Below are positions 46,248 through 64,000 of a stretch of DNA of 64,000 bases, piece after piece. The stretch spans positions 2,033,984-2,097,983 of the forward strand of contig CAVNZM010000016.1 in NCBI GenBank assembly GCA_963693365.1, written 5' to 3'. The notes under the pieces are model-generated. The model saw only the letters and a program-made list of their open reading frames with translations, did not search any database and had not been told where the DNA came from. The stretch is from Amoebidium appalachense. Its lineage: Eukaryota > Protista > Ichthyosporea. Numbering within the stretch: position 1 is the first letter of the stretch; the number at the start of each line of letters is the position of its first letter. Position numbers and translations under genes: made by a program.

Positions 46248-49200
46248 ACGAGGACAACCAAACCTAAGACAAATTTCATCCACAAAAATACGAGCAAACA
46301 AAACGGCATTAGCAGTGGGGAGAGGAAAAACTTCAACCCAACGAGTGGCCACATCGGTGACGGTAACAAGAACAGTGTTACCCTCAACCGTAGAATTAAA
46401 AGGACCGACCACATCCACTGCTACCCTTTCAAACATACGAACATAAAAATCCCTAATAAACGACGGGCGGGAACGAGAGTGGGGACTCTCATTATTTTCC
46501 TGACAATGCATGCATGACAACACATAATCCCTCACCTCCCTACTCATACCCGGCCAAAAATACGAACGATTAACACGAAGCAACGTCCTATTTACACCTA
46601 AATGACCAGCCATGGGATGCTCATGCACCATATGCAAAACCTCAGGCACAACTTGAAGTGCCGTCGGGACCCAAACTCGGTGTCCGTCTGGCCCAGAACA
46701 ATGATAAACTAAATCCTGCTCTACCTGACACATTTTTGCTAACTTAGCTACCTTAATCATCTGCCTTTTATTTTTAAATTTAATCGAATCAACCGGCCCC
46801 TTTAAATAATTCTTAACCAGACCAATCAACACATCTTCCTCCTGAGCTAAGATCAAAGCCGTAGGTGCTAAGGCAGGGGCCGAGCCATGAGACTCGGTCC
46901 CGACCTCAGACACTGACAAATACCTCCCCCCCCCTCTCCTACACTTATAAGCAAGCAACCCCGGAACCCAAGAAGACACATCCACAGACACAGCATCTAT
47001 TCCTTTCTGCTCACTCTCCCCCCCCTTCCCCCCCCCCTCCCCCCCCGTCTCTCACTATCCCCCCCCCTCCCCCTCCTTCTCTTCTTCAAACAAAATATAA
47101 GCAGCACGAGAGAGAGCATCACAGTCAACCATTGTTTCACCCTTGGCATAAAACAATTTATAGGAGAACTCACCGAGAGCCGCGGCCCACTTCTGCATCC
47201 TCTCGTTGACCAGACGAGTGGTGCCGGCCATGGCTAGGCAGGGCTTGTGGTCGGTGTAGACCTCAAACGTCCTGCCTGCGAGTATATACCTCCATGCCTG
47301 TGAGACTGCCCAAAAGATAGCATGGGACTCTCTCTCTGGATTGCTATATCTACGTTCACTTTTACTAAATGAACGGCTAGCATAAGCAATCACTCTATCC
47401 TGCCCCTCCTGCACTTGATATAACACGGCCCCCTCAGCAACCTTACTTGCATCACACCGAACTTTAAACATCCCCCCCCCGGCCGAAAAATCAGGATGAA
47501 CAAGCATACTCGAAGACTGCAAAGCTAACTTAAGCTTTTCGAAAGCAGAAACAGCATCAACATTCCAATCTATTCTATTCTTCTTCTCCCCCCCGTCTGA
47601 CTAGTTAACGGCAAAGCAAGCATACTATAATCCTTAATATAACGACGAAGATAATTAGTTAAACCTAAAAATTGCCTTAGTTGAGTGACAGTCTGAGGAC
47701 GGGGCCACTCAACTATGGCCCGGATTTTCTTCGGATCAGGGGAAAGACCATTACTAGACACAATATGACCTAAAAACTTAACCTCCGGCACACCAATCAC
47801 AGTCTTGCTACCGCTAATACGAAGACCAGACTCACCCAAAGCTAAAAATACTTTCTCACAATTATTAACTAACTCCTCAAATGACCTACCTTTAATTAAA
47901 ACATCATCCAAATAAGGGTGGCATACATCCAAATGAAGGTGGAGAATTTTTTACATTACCCGGCACAACATAGCTGGAGAGGAGAGCAAACCCATCGGCA
48001 CCACCTTGTACTGGAACAGCTGGTCACCCAGTGCAAAGGCAGTCTTCTCCTTGCTGCTCTCCTCCAACCTTATCTGCCAAAAAGCTGCTTTTAAATCAAG
48101 TTTAGCAAAGTGAGTATAGCCGTGCAGCTGTGAAAGCTGCTCGTCTATGTTAGGGAGAGGCCATTGGTCTGCCTTAGTGATCCGATTCAGAGCCCTGTAA
48201 TCGTTCACTAGACGCCAAGACCCGTCGGGCTTCTTAACCAATAGCACCGGACTTCTCCACGGACTCGAACTATGCTCCACATGACCCTTCTTCAACATAT
48301 CACTCACTATTATTAGCGCATCCGACAATTTATACTGCTCCATTCTATAGCTAGGCATCACTACCGGCCTATTATCACCTGTGTCGATCTGCATTTCAAC
48401 TTGAAACCCTTTAACGAAGCCTACTTCGTTATCATCGGCCAGAAATGCAAACCGAGTCCTATCAAATAACTTAGCTAGCAATTTTTTCTGTTCTACCGTC
48501 CAATCCCCCTCCTTCATACCAAACGGCAATACTAACTCCGGGTTACCCCCATCACAAGTGGATGCATCCTTATTCACCGGAGTGCCACTTAACATTTCAC
48601 CTCCTGTATTACATCGGTGCTGCTCGGGGTGAGGTTGAGGTACCTCCGGATATAGACGGTCACCCTTAGCACCCCCCCTCCCCCCGGCACACCCATGCCC
48701 CCGGGCAATTCCTGATGAGTTAGTGCATGTATGTGGGGGGCCAGGTCTGTGGCCACCCTGCCCCCCACGGTGTTGGTTAACCCGTCAGATCCACGGGTTA
48801 GACCAACACCCTCCCCCCCTGCCTGCACATTCTCACACCCGGGGTGACCCTCCTTCCTCTTGGGGGTCGGGCCCCGGGGGAGTGGGACCGGTGCTGTCCC
48901 GGTCCCCCCCCCCCATCGTGTCGGGTGACATTTTGGTGGCTAACGTTAAATAAAGTTGTTCCCCCTCCTCCTGAGTCACCCTTCGAGCCGGCATCCTCCT
49001 TTTGGGTAATAAGAGAGACCTCTATACTACCAATCTCATTAGTGAAACTACCGACGGAAACACCTGACCTAATCACTATAGGCTCGATGCCCGGATTCAC
49101 TAATTCTATTTCTATTGTCTTATCCGGCCATACCCTACTAAGGGTCCATTGAGCCACCTCCTGAAATGGGGTTTTCGGAGTAAAAACCCCTAAATCCCCT

Positions 49201-49718
49201 ATCCTAACATGATTGCCGGCCCGGACACGTACCGTTTGGCACGCCGGACTGTAATTCTAAAACATTCGTACGTTCAAACAAAGCATTCACATGTCTACGG
49301 AAAAATGGGGCTCCCAACAAAACACTTTGAGCTAAATCCTTAACCACATAACAAGCAATATGCATAGCCTGGCCACCTATCTCACACGGCAACACACAAA
49401 CACCTTCCACAGACATACTACTATTATTAGCACTACCTAAGGCTGTGCTAGAAGCATCTAAAATAGGAATTTCCCCCCGGCCTGATTAAAACGACGAATA
49501 AACGAAGCATGCACACAATTAACCTGAGCCCCTTCATCGAGCAAAGCAACAGCCTTCAACTTACCATCAGCTAACCATACGTCTATATAATGCCGGCTAA
49601 AACCAACTAAATCCTCCTCCAATTCAAGCAACACATCATCACTCACACCCAATCCCTGCCCCCGAAGACTCACACCCTCGATACCTACGTGCAACATACC
49701 TACCTGTGGTGCCTGCAC
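46248..49718 (-). pseudogene. pol: Gypsy pol: protease, RT, RNase H and integrase N-terminal part (frameshifted)
   Basis: LLDEGA (PR); SSSPWRSPVLLVKKPDGSWRLVNDYRALN, LDLKAAFWQI and YLDD (RT); CDAS...ERE...TDHK (RH); HEHPMAGH...CMHC and VAVDVVGP (IN). Confidence 0.92.
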
Positions 49719-50285
49719 GGGTGGGGTGGGGTGTGTATGTGGTGTGGGCGGTGGTGGAGTGTGTGTGTGTGATGTGTGGGTGGGTGGTGTGTGTGTGTTT
49801 GGTGTATGTGTGTGTGTGTGTGTGGGTGTAGGTGTGTCTGCAACCGTCGTATGTTGTTGTGGTGGTGTGTTTCTACGTGTCTGTGCCTTCCCCCCCCTTC
49901 CCCCTTTACTCGTGTGTGTCCCCCCCTCCCGGAAACAATGGCACAGAAACCCCCTCCGGTGTGGTTAGAATAAACACCGGGTTGGGACAAGAAACACTGA
50001 GACCATCCACTTGTGCCACTGGGGAACCTCCCCCAACCACAAAACATTCACACCATTCATACCTTTGGTAGAGTCACCCCACAAACATTCATGCCATACC
50101 ACCTCGACGCTGTCTTGAGGACCCACGACGATGCCCGGCTCCCACACGTATCGGGGCGGTGAGGGGGCAAAGGGAACTTGAAGCTTAACCTGGGGTGGGG
50201 GAGGGTGAAGGTTCTCTGCAACCTGGGGGGACCGATACTGTCCCCCCCCTCCCTCAGTGACCCCAGCTTCCCCCTCCCCCGGAAC

Positions 50286-51364
50286 TCAATAGCTCTTGTA
50301 ACTACGGCAATATGCAGCAGAGTGCCCTTGCCGACCACAAAAGTAACATGCACCAAAGAAGGGGCCAGGGGGGACTTCAAAACCTTGGCGCAAAGCATAA
50401 CCGGGAGCCCGGTCATGCTGGGGGGGCCCACCGTGTGCACCACGGCCCCCCCTTCCCCCCCTGCCCCCCTCGGCCTCTCTCACCACCATTTCCACCCCCT
50501 CCCTCTACCCTGCCCACCACCACGAGCAAGATAAGGGGCAAACCTCTCGGTGAACTGCTGCTGTTGTCCTCCACGTCCACCTCGGCCACGACCGCCGTGT
50601 CCACCCCGGTCGCCGCCACGGCCACCCCGGAAGCCGAAGCCCCCTCGGCCAGAAAAGACGGCCTGGGAGAGCTCGGCAACCTGCTTGACCAACATGGTGA
50701 GTGCATCTGGCTGTTCACCCTCTTTTTTCTCTTTTTCCCCCTTCTGTCCACTCTCCTTCTTTTTCTTGTCTACTTCCATCACCTCCTTTTTATCCCTCTT
50801 ATTGAACTTCACCTCGTGCATGGCAAGCAAGTGACGTTTAACATGCAACACCACCTCATCTACATCATCATGCTCCCCAAACATGCGTGCAGTGTCTGTG
50901 TTTACAGAGAGAGCCTTACGAGCAAACTCGAATTTTTCCCTATCACTCACGTCACCAGCTAACTCACAAAGGTCTTCAAAGACCCGATATTCCCTCTCAA
51001 AGAATGCACGAGCTTCTACGGGGGACATATCTAAAGTGGGAAAGGTATACTTCCATTCTCTGAGCTGGGCCCGGAAGGTACGGCGCCGGTCGGCCGTCAG
51101 GTATCGGCCGACGAGCCGGGCCGTATACTCGAGCTCGTTTTCCGGCCGTGTGAAGGCCTCGAGCTCCCCGTCCACGTCGTCGGTGCTGTTCTCGTCCTCG
51201 TCGTCGGGGATGAATCGTGCGGCCAGACGTTTCTGGCCGAGCGTCCGGGACACCATCTCGTCCCTCCCCTCGTCGTACTGCTGCTCGTATATACGAGCCG
51301 TCACCTGGGGGGCCTGCTCGGCCCGGTACGGGTGCTCCTCCATCAGGGTGCATAAGTCGGCCAT
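50286..51364 (-). pseudogene. gag: Gypsy gag with RGG-rich region and CCHC zinc knuckle (frameshift near 50490)
   Basis: ORF 50480-51364, plus CYFCGRQGHSAAYC in the adjacent frame. Confidence 0.8.
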
Positions 51365-52243
51365 TGTTTTGTGGTCGATGCACTGAGGAGGGTACTTAGG
51401 ACTTTTGAGATCTGGGTGTTTTCTATGGAAATGCTCGGTTATCCCTTATATATTTTGTAAAAATGTATATTGTATCTCTATTAGGCACACTAGGACCCAA
51501 ACTAGGATGTGCATGGAATGCGACCCAAACATCTTTGGAAGCATCCAATTATATATTTATCAACGTTTTAACTGTTGGGTGTCCGTTTGCAAACAGCGAT
51601 ATAAGTTATTTCGACCACATAGCAAGCCACGATAGCACATTATCTTTCAGGTGAAGTATCACAGTTCTTGAGGGGTAGCAAACAAGCGACATGCTGGTTA
51701 AAGAACGGAGCTGGGTACGGTAGTTCCACAACAGCAATTTGGAGTTTTGCAATTGTATGGGCATTGTTTAATGCACATTGTGAATAAAATATGAGATAAG
51801 TCTTACACAATACATCCTTAAACAGGGTGCTTTACAAATTCCGGCTAACTGACCGACATGATGTTCACAACTATTACAGGCAAAGAAGCCCAATGTAACA
51901 TAATAGAGCTGAAGAACGCTCTCAATCAGGCAGGCCATCCTGTGACTTTGGAAAGAGTTCAAAAGAGAAGTGGTATGAGCATCAGTCTACACGTGAAACA
52001 TCACATACAATATACAAAGTAAAGGGTTATACAATACAACCTATCTAACTTACTATCACATCAATCACAACTTACCATCACATTCCAACGCTAACCCATG
52101 AAGACAAACAAGGAAAGATTGCCTCCTCCCCTTCGCTACCCATTCATTAATTCAAACAGTATGGTTCACAAAGTATATAGTGTGGTAGAGCATGCCTAAG
52201 GATCGGATTGAGGTTAAAGCTTTAAGATGTTGTGATCACCGTG

Positions 52244-63029
<10,786 letters not shown>

Positions 63030-63374
63030 CTGGAAAATATATTTGTTAATATTTATACTCTTAATGCAGGGTCTAGATAGCAAGCACGGTGTCACATAGG
63101 GTGTGTAGATGGAAGAAGGAACAGAAGTAAGTGTAATGTTTTAGCTTCAGATGACTTAATTTCTGATTTGCAGCTGTATCAACATTGGGGAATGTGCACA
63201 ACAATTCACCCGTGTGGCTTTGCAGTTCGATAGGTGTCTTCTATTTAACAAACATACAGGGGTCGACTAAATTTAAGATTTTCCGAAATTAGGATTGTAG
63301 CGCTAGAAATTTTGGAAAATTTAAGATTCTAGCCGGCTGGACCTTCCAGTCTATCCTTAAGATTTTTTCGCTAG

Positions 63375-63429
<55 letters not shown>

Positions 63430-63499
63430 ACACCACCACCACCACCGTGACCACCTTGAAACCCCCCCTCCCCCTCCCCCCTCCCCCGGGACTATCCCT

Positions 63500-63544
<45 letters not shown>

Positions 63545-63758
63545 GGAAAGGGGCTGCGAGATAGTTTCATGAGCATCATCAGTGATTGGCTGCAGGGCCG
63601 AGGCGGGCTTTTAGGCCAATCATTGGACAGCATGGCACACGAGTTCCATGGGCACACACGGGGCCCCTCTCAGCAGGGCCTTTCTTTACCAGTTCGGCCT
63701 TTCCTAACAACATCTGTGCGGCATCTACTCAGCCCTTAGTAGTTAATGAGTTGGAAAA

Positions 63759-64000
63759 ATGTCCGCCCTCGACGGGGAGGACGGCCGTACCAGGCTCGCT
63801 AGTGCTTTCGATTTTATGGGCCAAGTGGAGAAAGCTGCAAAAAAAATAAAGAATGATTTTTCTGCAAATATTGATGGTGCTGTCGATGAGTTCAAACAGG
63901 AATTAATTTCCACCCTTTTACCCAAAACAACCAATACCAATGCCACGGGGGCTTTAGCCGACCCCCCCCCTACACACAAGCACACCCTACACAAACACTC
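63759..64000 (+). CDS. Hypothetical protein, 5' part (open to window end)
   Basis: ATG at 63759: MSALDGEDGRTRLASAFDFMGQVEKAAKKIKNDFSANIDGAVDEFKQELISTLL..., with no stop before 64000. Confidence 0.4.
   Translation, partial: MSALDGEDGRTRLASAFDFMGQVEKAAKKIKNDFSANIDGAVDEFKQELISTLLPKTTNTNATGALADPPPTHKHTLHKH

Larger units (their letters stand above)
37861..51390 (-). mobile_element. Ty3/Gypsy chromodomain LTR retrotransposon, degenerate, interrupted by a LINE; 5' LTR not found
   Basis: Domain order gag(CCHC)-PR-RT-RH-IN-chromodomain on the minus strand, with several stops and frameshifts. Confidence 0.92.

Noticed and set aside
45435-46991. 518-aa ORF as a novel integrase fusion protein
   Set aside because: Chance in-frame read-through from the Gypsy integrase into the LINE at the TSD (46248-46262).
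51985-52000. parS-like word gtctacacgtgaaaca downstream of the ParB-like gene
   Set aside because: Single copy with three mismatches in one arm and not palindromic; plausible by chance.

Overview
Eukaryotic, repeat-rich DNA: spliceosomal GT-AG introns, (GT)n/(GA)n microsatellites and long G/C homopolymers. The organism cannot be identified from the sequence alone. All family assignments come from motifs read by eye; no database search was run. (1) About 1-16.7 kb: a dense cluster of intronless genes that looks like an endogenous large DNA virus (NCLDV or Polinton-like). It has a penton-like minor capsid protein, an A22/RuvC-type resolvase, a cysteine-protease-like ORF, KilA-N/T5orf172, C2H2-finger and CoiA-like genes, and an SF3 helicase. 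The helicase N-terminus resembles a catalytically dead HUH Rep domain, and the gene is followed by a mirror-symmetric iteron array that looks like an origin. (2) About 17-35 kb: a spliced KDM4-like JmjN/JmjC demethylase gene, several orphan ORFs and minisatellites. (3) About 36-51.4 kb: a decayed DIRS-like RT, then a nest of retroelements. A chromodomain Ty3/Gypsy element contains a 5'-truncated RNase H-bearing LINE (15-bp TSD), which contains a non-autonomous LTR element (480-bp LTRs, 5-bp TSD). (4) 52.2-63.0 kb, minus strand: a gene of at least 10 exons, not visible in the ORF track. It splices in frame into a ParB-like domain fused to a prokaryotic-type beta-class N6A/N4C DNA methyltransferase, with DPPA in place of DPPY and a palindrome array in its last intron. 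The best candidates for something undescribed are this ParB-methyltransferase gene and the Rep-like/SF3 helicase plus origin module.
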